The position numbers were made by a program, and so were the translations under genes. From contig NIVC01001174.1 of assembly GCA_002269645.1 (NCBI GenBank), forward strand, positions 1 through 64,000: DNA of 64,000 bases. The letters are read 5' to 3'. The notes beneath the pieces are model-generated. The model saw nothing but the letters and a program-made list of their open reading frames with translations. It had not been told where the DNA came from and did no database searches. Below are positions 11,801 through 24,105 of this stretch, piece by piece; position 1 is the first letter of the stretch; each line of letters starts with the position of its first letter. Origin of the DNA: Macrostomum lignano (taxonomy: Eukaryota).

Positions 11801-14800
11801 CTGCGTACGCGGCTCACCTGAGCATACGAACTCTTCTCGTCCTGCAGAGTGACAGAGGCCAGCCGCTGCTGCACCAGAGCCAAATTATAGATCACGGTGT
11901 GGTCGGCAGGATGGGCGTGCCTGGCCCTGAGCAGCACAGTTCGGCACTGGCGCAGCTGGCCGGACTTAAAGTACGCCCTGGCCAGGTACTGCAACAGTTC
12001 CAGATTGTTGTGCCGGTGAAACTTTTTCATACAATTCTCGTACATTTGCACGGCCGCCACAAATGATTTCTGTTCGACGTGAATGTGCGCGATGTTGATC
12101 CACACGTCTGCGAAGTCCGCGGTGGCTTCCCGAACCTGCGGACAGGAGTTCAATAGAACTTATACAGATTTTTAACTAGCTTTAATTTTTAGTCCTAGTT
12201 AAATAAAGCTCACTCTGCGTCAATTTAGTTCACTCCAAACTCAATCTAGCTCACGCTAATTGAATCTAGTTCACTCTAGTTAAACTTATTTCACTCTAAT
12301 CAAATATACTTTACTCTAATTGCATCCAGTTCACTCCAAACTCAATCTACTTCATTCTGATCGAATATAGTTCACTCTAATTGAATCCAGTTCACTCTAA
12401 CTGAATCTAGTTCACTCCAAACCCAATCTAGTTCACTCCAAACCCAATCTAGTTCACTCTAATTGCATCCAGTTCACTCTAATTGAATCCAGTTCACTCT
12501 AATTGAATCCAGTTCACTATAATTGAATCCAGTTCACTCTAATTGAATCTAGTTCACTCCAAACTCAATCTACTACACTCTGTTTGAATCTAGTTCACTC
12601 TAACTGAATCTAGTTTACTCTAATTGAATCTAGTTCACTCTAACTGAATCTAGTGCACTTTAACTGAAACTAGTACTCTAAACTCAATCTAGTTCACTTC
12701 GAATTCAATCTACTTCTCTGTAAGTCACCTCACAATGGTGCTAACGCACTTTTACATGACTGCAGCTTACTCACATTTAGCTTAGCAAACTTTCTGTCAA
12801 CCCAGTGCATAATTTAGAGAATGATTTATCGAATATATTACAGAAGTCAGCCTTAGGCCCTAGTTACCTACTAACAGCTCACCTGAGCAAACACGTCCCT
12901 AGCCTCGTTGATATAGCCCTTATGCGCCAGCACGCAACCGATGCCGTGGGCGGCCCAGATATTTCTCGGATCCTGTCTGAGCACAGATTTGTACATGCTC
13001 AGCGCCCGCTCCTGGTGCCGGCGCTCTTTGTCCTTGTCGCGAGCCATCTGATGATGCAGCGTCTGCAGCCAGATGTTGCCAAGGGCAACGTGAGCGTAGG
13101 CGTCGTTAGTGTGCGCCGGCTGTTGAATTATGCGCTCGAATTTCTTCTGAGCCGGGCCGTACTCGTGCTTGCTCATGTGCAGCATGCCGATTAGGGTCCA
13201 GGCGTCCGGGTGCTCCTGGTCCACCTGGCGATTGGGTGCCGATATGTATCGAAATTTAATGTTGTAATTAGTGAAGTGGGAAATCGTTTATACACTGTCT
13301 GATCTAAGAATATACATGCTTTGATCGATATGCATCGAAAAAAATAATAAGTACATCTAAAACAAGATTTTCCAGAGCCCGCCATTATCGAGAGATTATG
13401 CCGATATGTATTGAAAAAGTTAATATGTTTGCGAGATTTCTATATTTAGCTGATATGTACCCCTAAGCCTAAAATTAACCTTAGATGCTGCATCACATGT
13501 TTTGCCGATATGTATCGAAATCCTAATAACTTTACATCCAACCCCAAAATGGCAGCAAATCTTACATTAAGCGCATCCTTGAACCAATCCGATGCGCTGT
13601 AGATCTGGCCTCGATCTCTGGCCATGCAGCCAAGCCTCAGGTAGCAATCGGCATAATTAGTGTGCTCCCTAAGCACGGATTTGTACAGTAGCTCGGCTTT
13701 GTCGTGCTCAAACACAGTCTCGTATAGGCGGGCCAAATTGTACCGAACCGTGACAGTGATGGAGCCGTAGTAGCGCTCGTCTGTCTGTCGCTCCCGTTCG
13801 CAGTAGGCCAAAGCCTGCGGGCATCATGGGTTGCACTCACGATTGAGCTGGTCTGGACATCTGGGCAGCATCAGAAATTAACTTAACACCTGGCAATCTG
13901 GGACTGGGAGGGTAGCAACCCCAAACACCTGAGGAGCTGACAGGGTGGCAACCAAGCAACCCAAAACACCCGAGGTGGCAACCAAGCAACCCCAAACACC
14001 TGAGGATCTGACAGGCCTAGAACAACATAGACTGTAATAGTACGATTCCAACCTGTTGGTAGCACTGTATAGCCTCCTGATGACTGCCATTCTGGAAGAG
14101 CAGAGAAGCCATATTATTGAGTATCTCAGGCGGCAGATCCACCTGCACCTGCTCCTGCAGCAGTTTCACGGCAGTCTTGTAGGCAGCGAGAGCCTCCTGC
14201 GGTTGAGGCTGCTCAAGAATCTGGCCATACTCAATCCAGGCTTCCACATCGTCAGGAAACTGATCCGTAACCTGCTTGAGGTAGTTCCTAGCCAATGTTC
14301 GCTTAGCCTGATCCTTGCTCTGACTGTAGATGCTGCCAAGAATTTTCAGCGTCTCATAGTTGCTAGGCGACGCTTTGAGCACTTTTTCAAATGCAAGAGC
14401 GGCATTGTCCTGATCCCGACGGTACAGGTACATTTGGCCAAGGCCGAAGAATGGCAGAATGAAGGTTGGGGACGCGAACTGGGTGCTCTGATAGTAGTAT
14501 TGAAAGGCCTGGTCAAAGTCGCCCTGTACGTGGTAGGCTCTGGAGTAGTTGGTGGGTTGTTTTGTATTGAAATACACTTTTTATTGTCATCGATTTTTTT
14601 TAAATGAGGATCATTATTTAACAACCTAATGATCCCAAAATGAGAATTTCATTTAGGCATAAGTTTATTTCGAGATGGGGATCAAACCAATAAGCGTCGA
14701 AGTTATCCCAAAATGAGGATCATAACTGACCATCGATTTTATCCCCAAAATGAGGCTCATTAACTGAGCATCGATTTTATCCCAAAAATGAGGACCATTA

Positions 14801-17800
14801 ACTGAGCATCGATTTTATCCCCAAAATGAGGATCATTAATTAACTGACCATCGATTTTATCCCCAAAATGAGGATCATTAACTGAGCATTGGTTTTTATC
14901 CCCAAAATGAGGATCATTAACTGAGCATTGGTTTTTATCCCCAAAATGAGGATCATTAACTGAGCATTGGTTTTTATCCCCAAAATGAGGATCATTAACT
15001 AAGCATCGATTTTATCCCCAAAATGAGGATCATTAACTGAGCATTGAATTTGTCCCAACCTGGCCAGCTGAAAGCAGCTCTCAGCTCGCATAGCCTCATT
15101 ATCGGTGTTGTGAAAGGCGTGCAAAGCGAGGCTCTGCACCTTGGCGTACTCCTTCTTGTAGAAGAAATGATTAGCCAGGTGGTTCAGCACCATGCTGTTG
15201 GTGGGGTCGATCCGATAGGCTCTGGACAGGTGCTCCACGCCTTTGCGAATCGATTCGGGCGATTTCTCATTCAACTCGGTGATCGCCACGCCAACCAGGG
15301 CGCCCACGCAGTCCGGATCGAGCGCCAGTGCGCGCTGGAAGGCGGCTTTGGCGCGGTCGGTTCTGCCCAGGCGGGCGTAGCAATGGCCGAGGCCAAGGCG
15401 GACATCGGCTGGACAGGTGGGGCAGACCTGAGCGAAACGGGATCGGAGAGTTTTTAGCCTGTGATCCCATAAATCTATTAACTGTGGGTCTATCAATCAA
15501 TCAATCTGTGAGGCTATCAATCAATCAATCTGTGAGGCTATCAATCTATCAATCTGTGAGTCTATCAATCAATCAATCTGTGAGGCTATCAATCTATCAA
15601 TCTGTGAGGCTATCAATCTATCAACCTGTGAGGCTATCAATCTATCAATCTGTGAGGCTATCAATCTATCAATCTGTGAGGCTATCAATCTATCAAATTG
15701 TGAGTCTATCAATCTACCAACCTGTGAGTCTATCAATTTATCAACCTGTGAGTCTATCAATTTATCAACCTGTGAGTCTATCAATCTATCAACATGTGAG
15801 TCTATCAATCTATCAACCTTTGGTTCTATCAATCTATCAACCTGTGAGTCTATCAATCTATCAACCTGTGAGTCTATCAATTTATCAACCTGTGAGTCTA
15901 TCAATCTATCAACCTGTGAGCCTATCAATCTATCAACCTGTGAGTCTATCAATCTATCAACCTGTGAGTCTATCAATCTACCAACCTGTGAGTCTATCAA
16001 TCTACCAACCTGTGAGTCTATCAATCTATCAAACTGTGAGTCTATCAATCTATCAACCTGTGAGTCTATCAATCTATCAACCTGTGAGTCTATCAATCTA
16101 TCAACCTGTGTGCCTATCATATCAACCAGTCAAAAAATCTTCTAAATTCGAGTTCTCAGTCCATCCACCCTCACCAGCCTCACCTGCAGCGCTTTGGTGT
16201 ACAGACCCAGGGCCTCCTTATATTGACGCTGATTAAACGCGATGCAGGCCTCGCCAAGAATAGCCGGGACATTGTCAGACACCTGGTTGAGCACGTATTT
16301 AAACTGCTGCTCAGCTTGGCTAACATTCTCACCCTCGTAAAGAAAAAAGAATGCCCGACCGAACAGATGCCGAACGTCCATCATGTTGATGCGATCGGCG
16401 CTTGTGTAGAGCACAGTGGCCTGTTGTTATGGGGTAAGAAATATTTAACACGAGATAAAATGTATATTTAGTAGATAACACGATCAACATTATAGCTACT
16501 TATGTTTAGGAGTTCACACGTCTGATTCCATCACTGCCTAACACATTTACCCTGTTCAGCAGATCACATATTTGTTTAATACATTAATAAATCTAAATAG
16601 TCAAGTCTAACAGGTTTTGTATAACTATATTTAACAGTTCAAGCAGTTGCCTAAAAGATCACAACCCATATCTAACAGAACAAACGTCCCCGTATCTAAC
16701 AGGTTAAATCCTCATATATAACAGGACACACACCATATCTAACAGGACACACACCATATCTAACAGGACACACTCCCATCTCTAACAGGACACACACCAT
16801 ATCTAACAGGACACACCATATCTAACAGGACACACTCCCATCTCTAACAGGACACACACCATATCTAACAGGACACACTCCCATCTCTAACAGGACACAC
16901 TCCCATCTCTAACAGGACACACACCATATCTAACAGGACACACTCCCATCTCTAACAGGAGACACACCATATCTAACAGGACACACTCCCATCTCTAACA
17001 GGAGACACACCATATCTAACAGGACACACATCCATATCTAACAGATCCATATCTAACAGGTCACGAAACCAATATCTAACAGGTCACGAAACCAATATCC
17101 AACAGGTCACGAAACCAATATCTAACAGGTCACGAAACCAATATCTAACAGGTCACGAAACCAATATCTAACAGGTCACGAAACCAACATCTAACAGGTC
17201 ACGAAACCAATATCTAACAGGTCACGAAACCAATATCTAACAGGTCACGAAACCAATATCCAACAGGTTACGAAACCAACATCTAACAGGTCACGAACCA
17301 ATATCTAACATGTCACGAAACCAATATCCAACAGGTCACGAAACCAATATCTAACAGGTCACGAAACCAATGTCTAACAGGTCACGAAACCAATATCCAA
17401 CAGGTCACGAAACCAATATCTAACAGGTCACGAAACCAATATCTAACAGGTCACGAAACCAATATCTAACAGGTCACGAAACCAATATCTAACAGGTCAC
17501 GAAACCAATATCCAACAGGTTACGAAACCAACATCTAACAGGTCACGAAACCAATATCTAACAGGTCACGAAACCAATCTCTAACAGGTAACACGCCAAT
17601 CGTCAAGCAGATTACACACTTTTCTAACAAGTTATTATCTAGCTTGATACTTGCATAATGGTTAAAAGTTTGTCTAACAGTTCTCATACTAAACAGAGAC
17701 GACACCGCAACTGTTCCAGATCTTGATCTCACCTTAGTAAACAGCTCCCGTTTTAAATCGCGGTTTTTTTCCCTGTGCGCACGTTGAACATAGTAAGCGG

Positions 17801-18068
17801 CCAGCGAATCGTAACAGCGCATTTGATCTTCTTCAACATCAGCATAGTCTGTGCTAGCCTCAGTGCGAGCTGCATCAAGGATGGTCTCAAACTGGGCATA
17901 CTCGGCTTTCTTATAATACTCCAGTGCTAGGTTAACCCACACATTGAGTGCCGCAGTTTCCTGGCGTAGGATAGTGAGCACTTCCTCAGCTGAAGGCAGC
18001 TGATCTACATCAAGTTCAATCACTTCATCTGTGTCCTTCAGTGGAATCTCGATTGTTTTTGAGGCCAT
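8803..18068 (-). CDS. CTR9: RNA polymerase II-associated protein CTR9 (PAF1 complex TPR scaffold), 9 exons, about 1214 aa
   Basis: Exons 18068-17733, 16420-16184, 15427-15060, 14539-14053, 13814-13566, 13224-12883, 12135-11818, 10845-10040, 9304-8803. All introns are GT-AG with compatible phases (0,0,2,0,0,0,0,2). The translation matches recalled metazoan CTR9 throughout ([70 protein letters not shown]), with a Ser/Asp/Lys-rich C-terminal tail. Confidence 0.97.
9360..9864. mobile_element. hAT (Charlie-like) MITE carrying a CT-rich microsatellite, in CTR9 intron 8
   Basis: Left end CAGGGCTCGGCAAACT...ATCCGGCCC is typical of Charlie-type ends; degenerate right end GCTGACCCGGG; internal (CTCTC)n at 9445-9695. 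Shares its head sequence with the element at 47799. Confidence 0.55.
10995..11747. repeat. 21-22 bp minisatellite (CCTGTCTCTCGGGTGAGCGCC) with higher-order structure, inside a probable hAT-like MITE, in CTR9 intron 7
   Basis: Array at 11065-11730; left flank CAGTGGCGTATA...GGAGGGGGTGC, right flank CTATGCCGGTG (degenerate TIR). Confidence 0.85.
12225..12715. repeat. About 20-bp minisatellite (TCTAGTTCACTCTAATTGAA), CTR9 intron 6
   Basis: Visible degenerate tandem copies. Confidence 0.9.
14605..15045. repeat. 38-39 bp minisatellite (ATCGATTTTATCCCCAAAATGAGGATCATTAACTGAGC), CTR9 intron 3
   Basis: Visible tandem copies abutting the donor site at 15059. Confidence 0.93.
15487..16125. repeat. 24-bp minisatellite (CTATCAATCTATCAACCTGTGAGT), CTR9 intron 2
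   Basis: Visible tandem copies. Confidence 0.95.
16670..17595. repeat. Bipartite 21-23 bp minisatellite sharing the core ATCTAACAGG (ACACAC-type, then TCACGAAACCAAT-type), CTR9 intron 1
   Basis: Visible; the unit type switches near 17045. Confidence 0.95.
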
Positions 18069-21000
18069 GATGGAATTGGCACTGCATGAAAATTCAATTC
18101 AATTATGAGACATTTCTTTTCTGATTTGCAACTGATTAGAAAAACTGTGAATTTATTCAACTTGATTTGTTAGTTTGTAAAATTAGCTCAGATAGCAAAT
18201 GCAGCCTTATGTCAGTAGCTTATCTTATTATAAAATGGAAAGGGTCGAATTTACACTTGCTATGAAATCATATTGAGGATAAATAAGGCATAACAACACA
18301 ATGACATAGCATGCATAACATGGCATTCAAAGCAGGTGCATACATTCATTAAGATAGGCAAAATAATTGAAAAAAGACACACATGCAAGTTGCTATTGGC
18401 TGAGAGCAGTCACGCGACTACTATTCTGTTCAATAGCAACTTACATGGGTATGTTGCCAATAGAAATGGCCAGGTAAATCCCTAGGTTGCACCCAAGCAT
18501 GGAATCAAGGGTAAGGCTAAGTGAGTAGCACAACCTTTTGATTTATAAACTTCAAGGCCCTGGCCTAACTATATAAATAAATGAGGATACAATTGTATTA
18601 AATAAGAATTAGAATGACTAAAATAACTAATTTTTATACTATTAGTGCATTAGACTTATCCAATACCCTTAACTTTGATTTACTATATCAAGATAAAACC
18701 AGCAAATATTTTATATAGAGCTACCTCTTATCTGGATATTTATCTCAAAATCTAATTGCCTAATGTATTAGACTTAGTAGGGATATTGATTAGCAAAGTC
18801 TAAAAAATTGTAAATTTAATAGAAATTGTAATGCTTAAACTATTATCAAACAAAGATTTTTGTAAGTTTCTAGTTAGCTATTAACTAAGAAGTTATGTCG
18901 TCAATATTTACCACTTCGTTTTAGCAATAAAGTCTTAATAGAAGAAAAAAAATTATACTAGTATATTAAACCTATATAAATATTTATTATAATAACCAAA
19001 AAACCAAGTGTTTTTATAAGAAACTTTTATAGTTATAACAAAATTTGTTATATATCTTATGTTCCCTGATAAAAATAGAAACAAGTTGATTAGAATATTG
19101 AACAGGTCCCTACTATCCTTTTTACTATTTTTTACTTATTTTCTTATTTCACTTAATAGACAAAGTAGCATGGCAATAGACAAAACAACTATACTAATAG
19201 ATAAATTGAATTGATTTTTTATCTTAAATTAAGATGAAATTTTTAAAGAATTTTGTAAATTTAAATTTTTTTTAAATATTCCTATTATAGGCTTATTGAT
19301 AGTACTGCAATTAAAATATAACAATGGCAGACAAAATGTTTTCTTGACTTTGGCTAGGAAGGATTTTAATTTCTAATGAGATTTTGAAAATTATTGTTCT
19401 TTCTATTAAATAAATCTCTTTTGATTATAAGACACCATAAAAATGTCTTCTTTTTGAAAATTAGTTAAGTAATAAAGTTACAAAACTTTTTGTATCTTAA
19501 GTTTTAATATTGTTATAATGTATTTTGACTTATTATTAGGCACTATAATGATATATAATAATTTTTTGCTTAAAAATTTTATCATTTACTAATTTTTAGC
19601 CAATAATACAACCAGTATCAAGATTTTGTACTGGTATAGGCCTATACTAAAAGAAAATTAGCTTCCATAGTAGTAGTACACAGATTTTTTTATTTTTGCA
19701 AAAAGATAGTGAATTAGTGCATTGATGAAAATTTAGCTAAGCCTATTCTATCTATGAATGTGGAGACTATACTAAACTTTAACTTGGTCATTTTTATATA
19801 CCAACTATATTCCTTAGTTAGGACTTAGAACAATTAGTCCCACCTACTATCTTGGCAATCTTTGTATGCCAAGCTTGTATTCTAAAAGATATAGCAATTT
19901 TTATACAAATAAAGTATATACTAGATCCCACTATACATAGGAATTTGCTAGCATTATATATAGCCCTTTAGAGTCTAATCAGTCTAACAATATAAGATAT
20001 AAGAATTTTTTGTTATATGATCCCTTTGCATTTAGCCTATGTATTGCCATTGATTTGTTATGCAATCCCCTATATTGCACAGTTTCATTATATGATTTCC
20101 TTTAAAAAAGTCGAGGTAATATCAGTTTTCACTTTGTTATAGGCCTACCTACACCATTATGAAAAACAGATACTGCATTCAATATATTTGTACATTTTAA
20201 TGAGAAGCCACACTATATTAACTTATAATAACAATCTCTCAAATGGTGAATTTGCTTATATTTGTTTTGGGAGGTTGATTAATGAAAATAAGGGGTGTTT
20301 CTGTTTTGAAATCATTTCAATGGCAATTTTATACTAGGCCTATGTTCTATATAGATTGTATTATAAAAGGCTATAACAAATACTTATTTCCAACAATTGT
20401 AACAAGTTTGTTTTTCTACATGTTTTTATGCGGAATACAATACAAACCATATACACCCTTCCCTTATTTTTTATCTAATCCCTCAATACCATAGGCCTAG
20501 CCTGGCTGGATCATGTAGAGGTCAAATGGGATTGAAATCTTTGGGCAAGATTGGGATTGGGAATAATTTTTTTTGGGATCAGGATTGAGATTGGGATTCG
20601 AGAATTGGGATCAAGTTTTTTAGCACATTGTAGCTTGTAGCTATAGGTCCATATAAAGTTAAACAAAATTGAGCTAAAAATGTCAAGATCAAAAAGTAGA
20701 GTACAACAAAATTGATGCAAAGTTTTATCACCAACAAATTAATAATATAAGTAGGCCCTACAAGGTAAAACAAATACATTCAAAAAATCACTAATTCTAT
20801 AAATTTTAGGGCCTAATCAAAAGACCTGTTCCCAATTCTTGTGTTTTTTAGGGTCTAGATTCTAGTCCTGCGGGAATCCAATTTTCCTCGGGATCCTGTC
20901 CAACCTCTAGGATCATGCTGGGTGCACACCAATCACCATGTATAAAAATTGAAGTTACAAATGCATACCAAAAGTTTAAGTGCACACCCATATTCTCAAA

Positions 21001-21785
21001 TCTAGGCCAATGTTTCAACAATAAATGACCTTTTTTGCATTGTGTAAAGCATCCTTTTTGGGCTGATAATTTGGTTGATTAGGCCTATTTATCTTTCTTG
21101 CCTAGTATACTATTTACAGTGGAAAATTAGGGGGGCCTAATATACACAAAAATGTTTAAATGTTTTATTATGAGCTTAAATTAAAAACAGGAAAGCTTGA
21201 AATTTATGTTTAAAAATGAAGTTTTTAATCTTTTTTTAACTTAGCACTAACTTTTCTGCATGATTCTATGAAGTGCATACTAGTCCGGGCCTAGCCTAGG
21301 TATGCTGCGCTGCGCTGCGACGCTGCGTGCATGCATACTATTTTCTTAGGAGTCAGACACACCAAATGTGCATGCCTAACTTTTGCCTAACAATTTATTC
21401 TATCCAGTGATAACGAAATTATTAATTAATACTGTTTCCAACGTCTTTCGATTTGACAATTTATCACTCATCTGCCGTTGTTTTTTTTAACTCGCGCTTG
21501 CGCTCAATACTACAATTATTTAAATCGAACTAAAAACCAATTTGAATTATATTTATTTCTGAAATAGATAAACAAAAGTTTATAACGCAATAAGGAAACA
21601 AAAACAACAAACACTAAATACATGCAAAAACGCACCAAAAAGCAAGGCTTTCAATTAGTCATTAAGACTCATTAATTGTTTCTGCAATTAGTTTTCATTT
21701 TTTATTTAAAATTTCAATGGATGAGCTGTGGCTTAATTAAAGCTAGCTATTAATAAGCTAAACAGTAATTAACAGTCCCTAAAGT

Positions 21786-24105
21786 TTAAGTGATAATTTT
21801 TGGCAGCCAAGCTTCAAATTCGATGTCTCGGAAAGTTATGCTGCGGTTGGTTCTCCACGAAGACACGTCAAAGTATTTCACGTATTCATAGCTGCAGTAG
21901 GGGTAACTCAATCGCAAGTAGTTCCCAGTGCTGTTCTCCGTACTGTCTGAATCAGTTATGCAATAGCCTTCATTAGGAAATGTGATTTTTATGTCCTCAA
22001 CGTCCTTTGAGCAGCAGTCTTTCTTTCTGATAAAAGTGAGGGAGCCAAAGTGCTCCGACTTTCCAAGAAAATACCGCACTGAAACCCCGGCTGGAATGGT
22101 GGCGAACGTTTCTGGGTTTGAGTCGGTGGTCTGTCGGCAGATGTCGCTTCCAGGTCCTTTTTCTGGACAGGTCAGCTTGGCCTTGCCTGACATTTATTAG
22201 AAGAGCAGCTCAATGTAATGAACAGATGTTAAAACTGGAGTACAGCCCTCCTGCGAATATATATTTTAATTATGTACAGGGGCGTCGCCATGGATTTTAT
22301 GGTGGGGGGACAAAGCCAAGAATTTTACATGTACATAACTAAATTCCTACATGTACATTATTTGGAGAATCGGTGTTGTCAGCGCTCATTTTGGCGTCGC
22401 AGGCACTCGTTTTGGCAGCGCAGGCACTCATTTTAGCGCCGCAAGCACTCATTTTGGCGCCGCAGGCACTCATCTTGGCGCCGCAGGCACTCATTTCGGC
22501 GCCGCAGGCACTCATCTTGGCGCCGCAGGCACTCATCCTGGCGCCGCAGGCACTCATTTTGGCGCCGCAGGCACTCATCTTGGCGCCGCAGGCACTCATC
22601 TTGGCGCCGCAGGGGCTATACGAGTATTTTGGCGCCCTGAAACAAAATTATTGATTTCCATAACGGGTCACAAGTTGGGGGGACAAAAAGCGTTCGGCAT
22701 GTCCCCCATAGGTTTTACTGCATGGGGGGATATGTCCCCCCTGTCCCCCCCCCCCTTCTAGGTGCATGGCGACGCCCCTGTTTATGTATTTTTAACAGAA
22801 TGGGAGATTCACCAATAAATCTTGTGCGCAAACATTTCTACTTTTTTCAAAGAATTGAAGAGATAATAAAGCGATCGACTGCCGAAAGTTTTTCACTCGG
22901 AACATTAGTTGATCAGTTCAATCAGAGTTGACTCACGAGCGCAGAACAGACCGTTCACGGCGCGAGAACCGGTCTCACACAGGTCGCACTGTGTCATGCC
23001 GGTCTGAAGAGCGAGAGCAAAGTTCAAGTCGCACTTTTTGCACTCTCTCGCTCCCACAGAGTCCGAATAAGTTCCTGGCGGGCACTCGCTGCATTTCTCC
23101 TTTCCGACGCCCTTGGTCGAATTGATGAAATCGCCGGGAGGGCAATTTGGTGGCTGAGCTCTGTAGAGATCGCTGGTAGAGCTGGAGGCGACGAAATTAG
23201 CAATTAACAAGACATTTCTTTATGTTAACACTGATTGACATGATGGCTGAAGATTATACTTATGCTATAGGCTGCCGCATCAATAAATGCAATTTTTATA
23301 CTACACACTCACAGCTTCAAAGCTTCAAATTCGATGTCTCGGAAAGTTATGCTGCGGTTGGTTCTCCACGAAGACACGTCAAAATATTTCATTTCTTCAT
23401 AGCCGCAGTAGGGGTAACTCAATCGCAAGTACTAGATAGTTCTCAGTGCTGTTCTCCGTACTCTCTGCATCAGTTATGCAATAGCCTTCATTAGGAAATG
23501 TGATTTTTATGTCCTCAACGTCCTTTGAGCAGCAGTCTTTCTTTCTGATAAAAGTGAGGGAGCCAAAGTGCTCCGACTTTCCAAGAAAATACCGCACTGA
23601 AACCCCGGCTGGAATGGTGGCGAACGTTTCTGGGTTTGAGTCGGTGGTCTGTCGGCAGATTTCGCTTCCAGGTCCTTTTTCTGGACAGGTCAGCTTGGCC
23701 TTGCCTGACATTTATTGGAAGAGCAGCTCAATGTAATGAACAGATGTTAAAACTGGACCAGATGTTGCTTTGATTGGTCAATTATAAAGGAGTCAACCCA
23801 AACAAAACTGACTTACGAGAGCAGAAGATGCCGTCTACGGGTCGAGAGCCGGCATCACACAGGTCGCATTCTGTCATGCCGGTCTCAACCGCGAGAGCAA
23901 AATTCAAGTCGCACTTTTTGCACTCTCTCGCTCCCACAGAGTCCGAATAAGTTCCTGGCGGGCATTCGCTGCATTTCTCCTTGCCAACCTTTTTGCTGGA
24001 GTTGATGAAGCTGCCAGGTTCGCAATTTGGTGGCTCAGCTCTGCTGGGAAGTCTGCCGCAGCTGGCGGCAGCAAAGATTGCGAATAGACAAAGTAAAGCT
24101 TGCAT
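21786..24105 (-). CDS. Secreted protein: signal peptide + [TNFR/ephrin-receptor-like Cys-rich repeat + fucolectin (F-type/F5-8 type C)-like domain] x2; frameshifted in exon 2 as sequenced
   Basis: Exons 24105-23817 (MQALLCLFAIFAAASC signal; CSECPPGTYSDS..CKKC motif), 23704-23313, 23160-22937, 22186-21786, all GT-AG and phase-compatible (1,2,1). Exons 1/3 and 2/4 are near-identical duplicates. The lectin-like motif is TTDSNPETF...LGK...RKKDCC...IEFEAW. Exon 2 carries an extra ACTAGAT (23431-23437) absent from exon 4. Confidence 0.75.
22277..22780. mobile_element. Non-autonomous hAT-type MITE with internal 21-bp minisatellite (about 11 units)
   Basis: Perfect 16-bp TIR CAGGGGCGTCGCCATG / CATGGCGACGCCCCTG; 8-bp TSD ATTATGTA / TTTATGTA (1 mismatch). 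8-bp TSDs are characteristic of hAT. Confidence 0.9.

Noticed and set aside
10957-11821. Long ORFs over the intron-7 repeat (likewise 946-1764, 15328-16236, 22339-22761, 33769-35009, 47845-48169, 60447-62220)
   Set aside because: They are translations of stop-free tandem repeats, open in several frames and on both strands.
17535-17732. C-terminal extension of ORF 17535..18068
   Set aside because: CTR9 similarity ends at the GTGAGA donor at 17732; the rest is intron read-through.
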